36,243 bases of DNA from Candidatus Komeilibacteria bacterium (GTDB lineage Bacteria > Patescibacteriota > Patescibacteriia > UBA1558), in assembly GCA_048538275.1 (NCBI GenBank), contig JBLYPW010000001.1:1-36243 (forward strand). The letters are read 5' to 3'. Positions 27,033-35,699 of this stretch are shown here, piece by piece (positions within the stretch are counted from its first letter, which is position 1; every line of letters starts with the position of its first letter). The translations under genes and the position numbers were made by a program. The notes beneath the pieces are model-generated. The model was not told where the DNA came from, made no database searches, and saw nothing but the letters and a program-made list of their open reading frames with translations.

Positions 27033-27073
27033 AAACTGCGGTCGTCGAGTCATGCTCGACGACCGCAGTTTTT
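27033..27073 (+). terminator. Intrinsic terminator
   Basis: AAACTGCGGTCGTCGAG...CTCGACGACCGCAGTTTTT. Confidence 0.8.
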
Positions 27074-27101
27074 GTATGACACAATTAATTGTCGGTTTAA
27101 G

Positions 27102-27130
27102 TGAAATAAAATTAAGCAGTTTGGCGTATA
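27102..27130 (+). promoter_or_regulatory. Putative ECF promoter (autoregulatory)
   Basis: TGAAAT-17-CGTATA, repeated at 28438-28466. Confidence 0.65.
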
Positions 27131-27139
27131 AAAATATAG

Positions 27140-27712
27140 ATGAGAGATGATTGCGACAAATTATCTGATGAAGAACTGGTAGCCAGGGCGCTAGAAAATG
27201 CAGAGGATTATCGCTGCATTATGCTTTTGTATGAAAGTCGTCTGGGGCGCTATATTCGACGTATCGGTGGTCTTAGCTATGAAGATGCCGAGGATATATT
27301 GCAGGAAGTTTTTTTGAAGGCTTATGAGAATTTACGTTCCTTTGACAATAGTTATCGTTTATCAACTTGGCTTTATAGAATAGCTCATAATCAGACAATT
27401 AGCCATTGGCGTAAACATAATAAACAAAAATGGGATATTGCTTTGCCAGAGGAAAATGAAACCAGATGGCTCGCTTTGGTGGATGAAATTGATATAGCAG
27501 AAAAAGTGGATCAGCGCATTTTGCAAACCAAAGTGGGGAGCATAATAGATCAATTACCCCAACATTATAAAGAGGTGTTGTGGTTACGATATTGGGAGGG
27601 TTGGGATTATAAAGAAATGAGTGACGCTCTGCATAAGCCAATTGGCACGATTGGCACTTTATTGGCTCGAGCCAAAAAGAAGTTTGCTAATATATTAAAG
27701 GAAAATTTATGA
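27140..27712 (+). CDS. ECF RNA polymerase sigma factor
   Basis: DAEDILQEVF.KAY..L..FD, TWLY.IA.N and LP..Y.EVL.LRY...Y.E....L..P.GT....L.RA motifs. Confidence 0.93.
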   Translation: MRDDCDKLSDEELVARALENAEDYRCIMLLYESRLGRYIRRIGGLSYEDAEDILQEVFLKAYENLRSFDNSYRLSTWLYRIAHNQTISHWRKHNKQKWDIALPEENETRWLALVDEIDIAEKVDQRILQTKVGSIIDQLPQHYKEVLWLRYWEGWDYKEMSDALHKPIGTIGTLLARAKKKFANILKENL

Positions 27713-28434
27713 ACACGGTGGACCAAATAATGGATAAAATTGAAGAGAAAAAGCTACAACCCCATTCGCTGCGTTATTGGCAGTTACGTCGTTTTTTGAC
27801 TTGGTCATTGTTTGTTTTATTTATAATTTTAGCTGCTATAGCCGCGGCAATTGCTTTATTTGTCAGTTTGAACTTGGATTGGGATATTGCTTGGGAATTG
27901 GCTAGTAGTGCTGGTGAGTATGTGGTATTATTAGTGCCTTTATTTTGGTTTATGGCTATTATTGTGGCTATAGTATTGTCTTGGTGGCGGTGGCGACAAA
28001 CAGAGCATGGTCACCGTCAAACTTGGTTATTAGTGATTGGTCTCAGCATTGCAGCCAGCTTGGTTTTGGGCATTGGAGTATACGCGGCTGGTTGGGGAGA
28101 AAGCTTAGATAGAAATTTAGCTGATAAAGTGTCTCTTTACCACGATCAAAGATTGCGTCAGCAACATTTGTGGCAACGGCCTGATGATGGGTTTTGGATT
28201 GGAGAAATTAAAGAAATTGATCAACACTTGTTGCGTATGCAAGATATGCAAGCAAAGTATTGGCAAGTAGAATGGGATAATGCAAAATTACCACCTCGTT
28301 GGCAACCGGCAGTTGGTCGTTGGATGAAAGTAAGGGGAGAAAATTATTCTGATGACTTTATTCAAGCTTTAGAAATTAGACCAGCTGGCGGTATGATGCG
28401 TGGTTCAAATATGAAAACCTTTCCCCGATATTAA
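27709..28434 (+). CDS. Membrane protein coupled to the ECF sigma (putative anti-sigma)
   Basis: ATGA overlap with the sigma gene; 3 TM helices plus a C-terminal soluble domain. Confidence 0.65.
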   Translation: MNTVDQIMDKIEEKKLQPHSLRYWQLRRFLTWSLFVLFIILAAIAAAIALFVSLNLDWDIAWELASSAGEYVVLLVPLFWFMAIIVAIVLSWWRWRQTEHGHRQTWLLVIGLSIAASLVLGIGVYAAGWGESLDRNLADKVSLYHDQRLRQQHLWQRPDDGFWIGEIKEIDQHLLRMQDMQAKYWQVEWDNAKLPPRWQPAVGRWMKVRGENYSDDFIQALEIRPAGGMMRGSNMKTFPRY

Positions 28435-28437
28435 TAT

Positions 28438-28466
28438 TGAAATAAAATTACCTGACTTTGCGTATA
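28438..28466 (+). promoter_or_regulatory. Putative ECF promoter of the target gene
   Basis: TGAAATAAAATTA...CGTATA with the same spacing as 27102-27130. Confidence 0.65.
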
Positions 28467-28516
28467 CTCAGATAGAACAGTGACAGCCGGCTAAATTAAT
28501 TATTAAAGCTAATGAC

Positions 28517-28972
28517 ATGAATAAATATTTGTTTGGAGCTATCGCCCTATTTAGCATTGCCCTGTTTGGGGTCAGCGCGGCTCAAGCGCAGGGGATACGT
28601 TTTGCTAATGGAGATAACTCTTCGTTACCAATTAAAGAGCGTGCTTGGCAAGGTATAGATCGCCAAGCTATTCAGCAGGCAATTACCGATGAAGATTATC
28701 AAGCTTGGTCGCAGGTCGTATCAGTTAATAATCCTCTGAAAGATATTATCACGGCTGATAATTTTTCTCAATTTGCCCAGATGCGTCAATTGATGCAGTC
28801 TGGTGATTGGGCTGAAGCGCAGCACATAGCTGATCAACTGGGATTACCCAGCCATAGCCCAGGTTTTGGTATGGGCCGTGGTATGCACAAATTTGGTGAA
28901 CGTCATTTTATTGACGCTAACGGCGACGGTGTTTGCGATAATGTTGGTGTCATAAATAGCAACAACAATTAA
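28517..28972 (+). CDS. Secreted hypothetical protein with a C-terminal DxNxDG motif
   Basis: Signal peptide (AQA-Q), Gly/Met-rich linker, DANGDGVCD. Confidence 0.75.
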   Translation: MNKYLFGAIALFSIALFGVSAAQAQGIRFANGDNSSLPIKERAWQGIDRQAIQQAITDEDYQAWSQVVSVNNPLKDIITADNFSQFAQMRQLMQSGDWAEAQHIADQLGLPSHSPGFGMGRGMHKFGERHFIDANGDGVCDNVGVINSNNN

Positions 28973-28995
28973 ATATTTCGCCCCCGTAGTTTATA

Positions 28996-29030
28996 AAAAA
29001 CACAACCCTGCTAAGCAGGGTTGTGTTTTA
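28996..29030. terminator. Bidirectional terminator
   Basis: AAAAACACAACCCTGC-TAA-GCAGGGTTGTGTTTT. Confidence 0.8.
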
Positions 29031-29050
29031 ATCTATAATTTCAAGCAAAC

Positions 29051-29290
29051 TTACATTTGTTGACCTTCTTGGTTATCCTCTTCAGCTGGTGCAGCTGGCT
29101 GCTCAGGCATAGCCGCAGGAGCGGCTGGCATCTCTTTGCCTTTGCCGACAAATGAGAAAATGAACAAAATAACACCAACTATTAGTAATAGCCAGTTGAA
29201 CCAGAAAGCAGAGCCAACTAGCATCCAAATAATAGCTACTACAGCGAGGATCAGGCCTATGATAAGCATACTCATTTTTTGCTTGGACAT
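29051..29290 (-). CDS. Small membrane protein with a Pro/Ala/Glu-rich tail
   Basis: AAAGGA RBS; 2 TM helices. Confidence 0.7.
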   Translation of the reverse strand: MSKQKMSMLIIGLILAVVAIIWMLVGSAFWFNWLLLIVGVILFIFSFVGKGKEMPAAPAAMPEQPAAPAEEDNQEGQQM

Positions 29291-29387
29291 AGTTTTATCC
29301 TTTATTAATATTTATTAATACTATCGTTATTATAGCAAATAAACAAAAAAATAGGGAATTTGACCTGTTGATAAGGTTGGGATATAA

Positions 29388-29402
29388 TGATATTAAGTAT
29401 CA
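29388..29402 (+). promoter_or_regulatory. Putative Fur-family operator
   Basis: TGATATT-A-AGTATCA 7-1-7 imperfect inverted repeat overlapping the TATAAT -10; extra half-site AGTATCA at 29418-29424. Confidence 0.45.
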
Positions 29403-29429
29403 ATAATATATATATTTAGTATCATTACT

Positions 29430-29828
29430 ATGAATAAAAATATCCCACCACATAAACGTTTAACCTTGACACGCAAGTTATTATTGGAGTTTTTAAAGGA
29501 GCATAAAGGTCATTTTACGGCTGATGAGGTTTTGCAGCGTATTAATAGTGAAAATAAAGTAAAAATGGGTCGGGCCTCTGTTTATCGCAATTTACAGTTG
29601 TTAAGTAAATGGGGATTAATTTATCAGCTTGCTTATCCGGGCGAGCCATTATATTATGAGTGGACTAAGCAAGAACACGGGCATTTTCATTGTAATCATT
29701 GTAAACGTTTGTTTAATATTGAATCTTTTCCTCCAGCACAAGCTATGGTAGAGGGTCATTATGTCCAGGAAGCGCATTGGCAATTATCAGGCATTTGCCA
29801 TTATTGTCTGCAGGAGAATTTTAATTAA
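29430..29828 (+). CDS. Fur-family transcriptional regulator
   Basis: R.T..R, H.TA.E, ASVYRNL, HGHFHC..C and G.C..C motifs. Confidence 0.92.
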   Translation: MNKNIPPHKRLTLTRKLLLEFLKEHKGHFTADEVLQRINSENKVKMGRASVYRNLQLLSKWGLIYQLAYPGEPLYYEWTKQEHGHFHCNHCKRLFNIESFPPAQAMVEGHYVQEAHWQLSGICHYCLQENFN

Positions 29829-29833
29829 TTTGT

Positions 29834-31024
29834 ATGAGCTTAATATATTTAGATCACGCTGCCACCACTTATTTATTACCACCTGTAGAGGCAGCCATGC
29901 GTCCCTTCTGGTCACAGCAATATGGCAATCCGTCTTCCTTGTCTGTTTTGGGTTTGTCGGCGGCTGGAGCCTTGACTGAAGCAAGGCAAATTGTGGCAGG
30001 GGTGCTGGGTGCGGCTAATGATGAGATTGTTTTTGTTGGTTCGGGTACTGAAAGTGATAATCTTGCTTTGCAAGGTGTAGCCCAAGCTATGAACGAAATG
30101 GGTGAGATAATTGTGTCTGCCATTGAGCACCCAGCGGTTTTACGCGCGGCAGATTATTTAGCTACCCTTGGTTGGCAAGTTAAAATTGCGCCGGTAACCA
30201 ATAAAGGGTTAGTAACGGTGGATGATCTCCTACCCCTATTGTCTGATAAGACAAAGTTGGTCAGCATTATGTACGCTAATAATGAAATTGGCACGGTACA
30301 GCCTATTGCTCAGCTAGTCAAGGCAGTTAAAGAAAAATATCCAACAGTATTATTTCATACTGATGCTTGTCAGGCCGCGCCTTATCTAGATTTAGATGTG
30401 CGTAAATTGGGCGTGGATTTGTTGAGCTTGAATGGCAGTAAAGTTTATGGACCAAAAGGTACAGGCTTATTGTATGTTAAGCGGGGGGTCAAGTTAAAAC
30501 CAATGATATACGGCGGCGGCCAGGAAAATGGTCGGCGTTCTGGTACGGAAAATTTGCCCGGTATTATTGGTTTGAGCACTGCATTGCAGTTGGCTAGCCG
30601 CCGCCGCGTCTCAGAAAGTAAGCGCGTGCGGGCTTTACGAGATCGTCTGTGGAAAGGGTTGCAGAAAATTGATAAAGTTTTTTTAAACGGTGATAAGAGC
30701 CAACGCCTGCCTAACAATTTGAATGTAACTTTTGCTGATGTGGAAGGCGAGGCAATGCTTTTGGAGCTTAATGAACATGGTATTGTGGCCAGCACGGGAT
30801 CAGCCTGCGCTTCGCATAACTTGTCTGTTTCTCATGTTTTGCAAGCTATTGGATTACGTTATGAGATGATTCACGGTAGTATCCGTTTTACCTTGGGTTA
30901 TAAAAATACAGTTGCCCAGATAGATAAGGTGATTGAAATCATGCCCCGTATTGTTAATCGTCTACGTTCATTGTCACCGGTAAATTTGCAACCGGGCAAG
31001 GCGCATCCCCAGGTTAAGAAGTAG
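29834..31024 (+). CDS. iscS: Cysteine desulfurase (IscS/NifS type)
   Basis: YLDHAATT, YGNPSS, NNEIGTVQP, HTDACQ, KVYGPKG, RSGTEN and STGSAC motifs. Confidence 0.95.
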   Translation: MSLIYLDHAATTYLLPPVEAAMRPFWSQQYGNPSSLSVLGLSAAGALTEARQIVAGVLGAANDEIVFVGSGTESDNLALQGVAQAMNEMGEIIVSAIEHPAVLRAADYLATLGWQVKIAPVTNKGLVTVDDLLPLLSDKTKLVSIMYANNEIGTVQPIAQLVKAVKEKYPTVLFHTDACQAAPYLDLDVRKLGVDLLSLNGSKVYGPKGTGLLYVKRGVKLKPMIYGGGQENGRRSGTENLPGIIGLSTALQLASRRRVSESKRVRALRDRLWKGLQKIDKVFLNGDKSQRLPNNLNVTFADVEGEAMLLELNEHGIVASTGSACASHNLSVSHVLQAIGLRYEMIHGSIRFTLGYKNTVAQIDKVIEIMPRIVNRLRSLSPVNLQPGKAHPQVKK

Positions 31025-31166
31025 ATACAAAAAGTTGATACTCCGGCCAGGGGATTGTCCCGTATGATGGCGGATGGGATAGAAAAGCTTCTTTTCGCAA
31101 TTTAGATCAACTAGTCTGCCGAAGGTTGGCGGAAATACTGTAGTGTTAATAATGTTCAAACAAAAT

Positions 31167-31829
31167 ATGAAAAAAGCTATAAAAAAAACTAATAAAAAAG
31201 CTGACTTGCGTGATCAAGCAGGTCAAAGTTGGTTTTATTCACCGGTGGTGAAGGAGCATTTTTTTTCACCTCATAATATTCTTATGCCTGGGGAAGAAAA
31301 AAAATTCCAAGCGGATGGCGCCGGTTATGTTGGTTCACCCGCTTGCGGAGATATGATGAAAATGTTTATAAAAGTGAAGCAAGATAAAATTGTGCAGTGC
31401 AAATGGCAGACTTTTGGCTGTGCTTCGGCTATTGCTTCTACTTCCATGTTGTCTGTCATGGTGACGGAAAAAGGTGGTATCACTTTAGACAAGGCGCGCA
31501 AGATCCGCCCTCAGGATATTATGAATCGTTTGGGTGGGTTACCGACTCGCAAAATTCATTGTTCGGTTTTGGGTGATAAAGCCTTACGTGCCGCTATTAA
31601 TGATTATTTAAAAAAGACCAAGCAATATGAACGGGTGGAGGTTGAAGGTGGTCGTCTTATTGATAAGGTGGTAAAAGTAACAGATAAAGATATTGAAGAA
31701 GCGGTATTGGATGGTGCTGTTACTTTGACGGCGGTACAGGACAAAACAAAGGTTGGTACCGGTGATCCGGATTGTCTACCCGAGGTGGAAGAATTGATTC
31801 ATTTTTATAAAGAAAAGTATTTTGGTTAA
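31167..31829 (+). CDS. Fe-S scaffold NifU/IscU N-terminal domain plus degenerate BFD-like domain (start uncertain, 31143-31167)
   Basis: YS..V.EHF..P.N, GSPACGD, FGCASAIAS and KIHCSVL motifs. Confidence 0.88.
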   Translation: MKKAIKKTNKKADLRDQAGQSWFYSPVVKEHFFSPHNILMPGEEKKFQADGAGYVGSPACGDMMKMFIKVKQDKIVQCKWQTFGCASAIASTSMLSVMVTEKGGITLDKARKIRPQDIMNRLGGLPTRKIHCSVLGDKALRAAINDYLKKTKQYERVEVEGGRLIDKVVKVTDKDIEEAVLDGAVTLTAVQDKTKVGTGDPDCLPEVEELIHFYKEKYFG

Positions 31830-31832
31830 TGA

Positions 31833-31866
31833 TTCAACCTTGAAGGTCTAGACCTTCAAGGTTGAA
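31833..31866. repeat. Perfect 34-bp palindrome
   Basis: TTCAACCTTGAAGGTCT|AGACCTTCAAGGTTGAA. Confidence 0.85.
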
Positions 31867-31909
31867 ATTTGGGCTGGTCGCGGACGGGGATATATTCTAT
31901 AATGGGTAT

Positions 31910-32563
31910 ATGTTGAAATATCAAGACCTGACAATAGAGAAGTTTAATCATGATACTATTCTGGTGCAAAATGACCAGGTTATTTATTTTGATCCGTTTC
32001 AAATAGATATGATCAACATGCCACGCGCGGACGTGGTTTTTATTTCTCACCAACATTATGATCATTGTAGCCCAGAAGATCTGGAAAAAGTTATTAAAAA
32101 CGATACTCTGATAGTAGCAGCCACTCCTTGTCAAGGACAATTGGCTAAGTTTCAGCAAAATAAAATATGGTTTAGCCCAGGAGAGCGAAAAAATATTGGA
32201 GAAATTGAGGTAGTGGCCTGGCCGGCATATAATATTAATAAATGGCGAGCGCCGGGGCAGGCTTTTCATCAGGTCAATGATGGCGGTGTGGGCTGGGTAG
32301 TGACCATTGGTGGAGTTAGGCTATATTTTGCTGGCGATACTGATTTTATTGAGGAAATGAAAGAATTAAAAGATATTGATATCGCTTTTTTACCCATTTC
32401 TGGTACTTATGTAATGACTGTGGCCGAGGCTAAGCAGGCAATTGAAGCGATAAATCCTCAGCTGGTAGTGCCAATGCATTACGGAGCCATCATTGGGGAT
32501 AAAAGTCAGGCTAAAGAGTTGCAACAAGGTTTGCCTGAGGGCCAAGTGAAGATATTGGGTTAG
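31910..32563 (+). CDS. MBL-fold metallo-hydrolase (UlaG-like)
   Basis: ISHQHYDH, YFAGDT, LPISGTYVM and PMHYG motifs; likely start at ATG 31910. Confidence 0.9.
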   Translation: MLKYQDLTIEKFNHDTILVQNDQVIYFDPFQIDMINMPRADVVFISHQHYDHCSPEDLEKVIKNDTLIVAATPCQGQLAKFQQNKIWFSPGERKNIGEIEVVAWPAYNINKWRAPGQAFHQVNDGGVGWVVTIGGVRLYFAGDTDFIEEMKELKDIDIAFLPISGTYVMTVAEAKQAIEAINPQLVVPMHYGAIIGDKSQAKELQQGLPEGQVKILG

Positions 32564-32592
32564 ATTTTGGCTTATCCTAGCCTATTTGCTAA

Positions 32593-32641
32593 TCACAATA
32601 TATAGTATTATAATAGAAATTGAGGGCACTATATATAGTAA
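32593..32641 (+). promoter_or_regulatory. Tandem NrdR boxes
   Basis: ACAATATATAGT (32595) and ACTATATATAGT (32628), 33 bp apart, flanking TATAAT upstream of the RNR gene. Confidence 0.8.
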
Positions 32642-32768
32642 TAGAGTCACTGGCCAATGATTTGGCTAGTAGTAGGGAAAAAACCGACTCTATTTTTTTA
32701 TAGCTCTATTTCTTCTACATTTTACAATAAATTTTTTCAATATATAATTATTAAAATAGTCTAAATAT

Positions 32769-35639
32769 ATGGATCAAGACAAAACAAAAGCGGAAATTGA
32801 GACTATTGCTTTGACTGATGATGATCAGGTCAAGGACAATTCAGCCGCCAAAATAGCAACTACTCAAACTAAGACCACCGCATTGGCCGGATTGCAGGGT
32901 CTGAAGGTGGAACAGAAGTTTTCTACTCCCGGTGTTCACCCTTTTGATGAGATGGAATGGGAGTTGCGTGAAGCCACCATTACCAATGAAAAAGGTGAGG
33001 TGGTTTTTTCTCAAAAAGATGTAGAAGTTCCGGCCGGTTGGTCTCAGACTGCCACCAACATAGTTGTTTCTAAATATTTTCGTGGTCGCGTCGGTACCTT
33101 AGAACGAGAGCGAAGCGTGAAACAGATGGTAGGCAGGGTGGCTGATACCATGACTCAATGGGGTAAAGACGGTGGCTATTTTTATTCTGATGAAGATGCC
33201 GATCGTTTTAATGCGGAGCTGAGTTATTTGTTAGCTAACCAATACGTGGCTTTCAATAGCCCAGTGTGGTTTAATGTTGGTATTGAAAAGCATCCACAAT
33301 GCTCCGCTTGCTTCATTAATTCCGTGGAAGATGACATGCGTTCTATTCTTAATCTGGCTGTTACTGAAGGAATGTTGTTTAAATACGGCTCTGGCACTGG
33401 CACTAATTTTTCTACTTTACGATCCTCTAAAGAGTATTTATCGCAAAGTGGGGGCAAGTCCTCTGGCCCGGTATCTTTTTTGAAAGGATTTGATGCTTTT
33501 GCCGGTGTTATTAAATCTGGCGGTAAAACTAGACGGGCAGCTAAAATGGTTATTTTAAATGTAGATCATCCGGATATTGTTGAATTTATCAATAGTAAAT
33601 CTTCTGAGGAGCAAAAAGCCTGGGCTTTGATCGATGCTGGTTATGACGGTTCTTTTAATGGTGAAGCCTATAATTCTGTATTTTTCCAAAACGCCAATCA
33701 TAGCGTGCGCTTGACAGACGATTTTATGCGCGCCGTGGAAGAAGATGGCGACTGGTATACTAAATATATTACTTCAGGAGAGATTGCTGATAGTTATAAG
33801 GCTCGCTCTTTGATGGATATGATTTGTGAGGCAGCTTGGGTTTGTGGTGATCCTGGCTTGCAGTTTGATACTACTATTAACAAGTGGCACACATCAAAAA
33901 AGTCAGGACGGATTAATGCTTCTAATCCTTGTTCCGAATACATGTTTTTGGATAATTCTGCTTGTAATTTAGCTTCTATAAATTTAATGAAGTTTGCCGA
34001 CAGCAAGGGAAATTTTGACTTTGCTGCTTTTCAGCATGCGGTAGAAATTTTGATAAGCGCCATGGAGATTATCGTGGACAACTCTTCCTATCCTACCGAG
34101 AAAATTACACAAAATAGTGTTGATTTTCGTCCTTTGGGCATTGGTTATGCTAATTTGGGTGCTTTATTGATGTTAAAAGGTTTGGCTTATGATTCTGATG
34201 ACGGTAGAAATTTTGCTGCCGCTATAACTTCCTTGATGACCGGGACGGCCTATAATCGTTCGGCTGAGATCGCCGGTAATTTAGGGCCATTCAAGTATTA
34301 TCAAGATAATGAAGAAAGTTTCTTGGATGTCATAGCTATGCATCGTAGCGCTGCTTATAAAATCAAGCAAGATGGTATGTCAGAGCCAATGTGGAAAGAA
34401 GCTAAGGAAGTGTGGGATAAGGCCTTGAGCGCTGGTAAAGAATATGGCTATCGTAATTCTCAAGTTTCGGTTTTAGCGCCCACCGGTACAATCGCTTTTT
34501 TGATGGATTGTGATACGACTGGTATTGAGCCGGATATTGCTTTAGTGAAGTATAAATGGTTGGTTGGTGGTGGCATGATGAAATTAGTTAATAATACTGT
34601 CCGTCCCGCTCTACGCAACTTAGATTATGACAAGAGTGCCGTTGAAGAAATTATTGATTATATTGATAAGCACGACACCGTTGAGGGGGCGCCTGGTTTG
34701 CGTGAAGAGCACTTGCCCGTATTTGATTGTGCTTTTAAGGCAAAAAATGGCACTCGCTCAATTCATTATATGGGTCATATTAAAATGATGGGCGCGGTAC
34801 AACCATTCTTGTCTGGTGCTATATCCAAGACTGTCAATTTGCCCAAGGCTGCTACCAAGGAGGATATCTGGGAAGCTTATATGGCTGCATGGAAGCTGGG
34901 TTTGAAAGCCATTGCTGTTTATCGCGACGGTTCTAAGCGGACTCAGCCCTTGACTACCGGCAAAGAAAAGGAAGGTGGTAAAAAAGAAACAGTCAAAACA
35001 GAAAGCGAGTTTAAACCACGCCGTCGCCGCCTGCCAGATGAAAGAGAGGCCATTACTCATTCTTATCGTATTGGAAATCATAAGGGTTATATTACGGTAG
35101 GATTATATGAAGATAATACTCCCGGTGAGATATTTATCTCCGCCGCTAAAGAAGGTAGTGTAATTTCTGGTTTATTAGATTCATTTGCCTTGTCTATTTC
35201 TATGGCTTTGCAATACGGTGTACCATTGAAGGTTTTAGTTAATAAATTTGTTCATTCACGATTTGAGCCTTCTGGTTATACCAATAATCCTGAGATTCGT
35301 ATTGCTAAATCTATCGTTGATTATATTTTTCGATGGTTAGCGCAAAAATTCTTATCGCAAGAAGATCAAACCGCCATGGGCGTCAACGGCGCACATCAGA
35401 ATAATGACATTACCGTCAGTGAAGCCGGTGCTGATACCAGTACCAGTGATGATACCAAGACGGTAGAGATTAGTGATGATGATGAAGCAGAAAGCGCTGT
35501 GACTTTAGGCGAGGAAAGCAGTGTTACCTTTGAAATGCAAGAAGATGCCCCGCCTTGTGATACTTGTGGCTCAATCATGGTACGCAACGGCTCTTGTTAT
35601 AAGTGCTTAAACTGTGGCGCGACCAGTGGTTGTTCCTAA
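32769..35639 (+). CDS. nrdJ: Class II (adenosylcobalamin-dependent) ribonucleotide reductase with C-terminal TSCPD and zinc-ribbon domains
   Basis: FNSPVWFN, QCSACFI, SGGKTRRAAKM, SNPCSEY, APTGTI, GAISKTVN, YRDGSK and C..CG...RNGSCY.C..CG.TSGCS motifs. Confidence 0.96.
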   Translation: MDQDKTKAEIETIALTDDDQVKDNSAAKIATTQTKTTALAGLQGLKVEQKFSTPGVHPFDEMEWELREATITNEKGEVVFSQKDVEVPAGWSQTATNIVVSKYFRGRVGTLERERSVKQMVGRVADTMTQWGKDGGYFYSDEDADRFNAELSYLLANQYVAFNSPVWFNVGIEKHPQCSACFINSVEDDMRSILNLAVTEGMLFKYGSGTGTNFSTLRSSKEYLSQSGGKSSGPVSFLKGFDAFAGVIKSGGKTRRAAKMVILNVDHPDIVEFINSKSSEEQKAWALIDAGYDGSFNGEAYNSVFFQNANHSVRLTDDFMRAVEEDGDWYTKYITSGEIADSYKARSLMDMICEAAWVCGDPGLQFDTTINKWHTSKKSGRINASNPCSEYMFLDNSACNLASINLMKFADSKGNFDFAAFQHAVEILISAMEIIVDNSSYPTEKITQNSVDFRPLGIGYANLGALLMLKGLAYDSDDGRNFAAAITSLMTGTAYNRSAEIAGNLGPFKYYQDNEESFLDVIAMHRSAAYKIKQDGMSEPMWKEAKEVWDKALSAGKEYGYRNSQVSVLAPTGTIAFLMDCDTTGIEPDIALVKYKWLVGGGMMKLVNNTVRPALRNLDYDKSAVEEIIDYIDKHDTVEGAPGLREEHLPVFDCAFKAKNGTRSIHYMGHIKMMGAVQPFLSGAISKTVNLPKAATKEDIWEAYMAAWKLGLKAIAVYRDGSKRTQPLTTGKEKEGGKKETVKTESEFKPRRRRLPDEREAITHSYRIGNHKGYITVGLYEDNTPGEIFISAAKEGSVISGLLDSFALSISMALQYGVPLKVLVNKFVHSRFEPSGYTNNPEIRIAKSIVDYIFRWLAQKFLSQEDQTAMGVNGAHQNNDITVSEAGADTSTSDDTKTVEISDDDEAESAVTLGEESSVTFEMQEDAPPCDTCGSIMVRNGSCYKCLNCGATSGCS

Positions 35640-35699
35640 GGTTATATTAATTTGCTAAAATATAAGGGCGTGGCAATTTAGCGCGTCCTTTTATTAACT

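Noticed and set aside
32640-32768. Cobalamin riboswitch upstream of nrdJ
   Set aside because: AGGGAA is present, but the other conserved elements (B12 box, T-loop hairpin, GCCACTG) are absent and the region is too short.
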